From an uncultured bacterium (GTDB lineage Bacteria > CSSED10-310 > CAZUFC01): 14,791 nucleotides of DNA. This document shows, one piece after another, positions 14,770 to 14,791 of the stretch. A program made the translations under genes and the position numbers. Location: the NCBI GenBank assembly GCA_964619725.1, contig CAZUFC010000175.1:1-14791 (forward strand), given 5' to 3'. Numbering within the stretch: the first letter of the stretch is position 1; the number at the start of each line of letters is the position of its first letter. A model generated the notes under the pieces. The model was not told the DNA's origin. It saw only the letters and a list, made by a program, of their open reading frames with translations, and made no database searches.

Positions 14770-14791
14770 CTAAAATTCATCCATTCGACCC

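Overview
The window has three parts. (1) 1-3651 is a collapsed, pseudogenised defence/mobile island. It holds the 3' end of a probable DUF4276 gene, a truncated PglZ-type gene cut next to an IS21-like end, a probable amidotransferase tail, a gamma-glutamylcyclotransferase, an excisionase-like HTH gene, a BrxF N-terminus fused by deletion to the C-terminus of a DUF6079 (BrxC-like) ATPase, and a DUF1016/YhcG nuclease with two in-frame stops. Together these look like the wreck of a BREX-type locus. (2) 3652-4320 is a repeat-dense spacer with a 461-bp segment bounded by perfect 17-bp inverted repeats. These belong to a dispersed TTGATCAA-centred palindrome family that recurs at about 4280, 10550 and 12610. 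(3) 4324-14791 is intact chromosomal sequence: a minus-strand run of M48 metalloprotease/TPR protein, coiled-coil hypothetical, GT4, GT4, dprA, GT4, GT4; then divergent queC and a DUF3883 (PD-(D/E)xK) nuclease, followed by REP-like palindromes. Family assignments come from motif recognition and recall, not from database searches.
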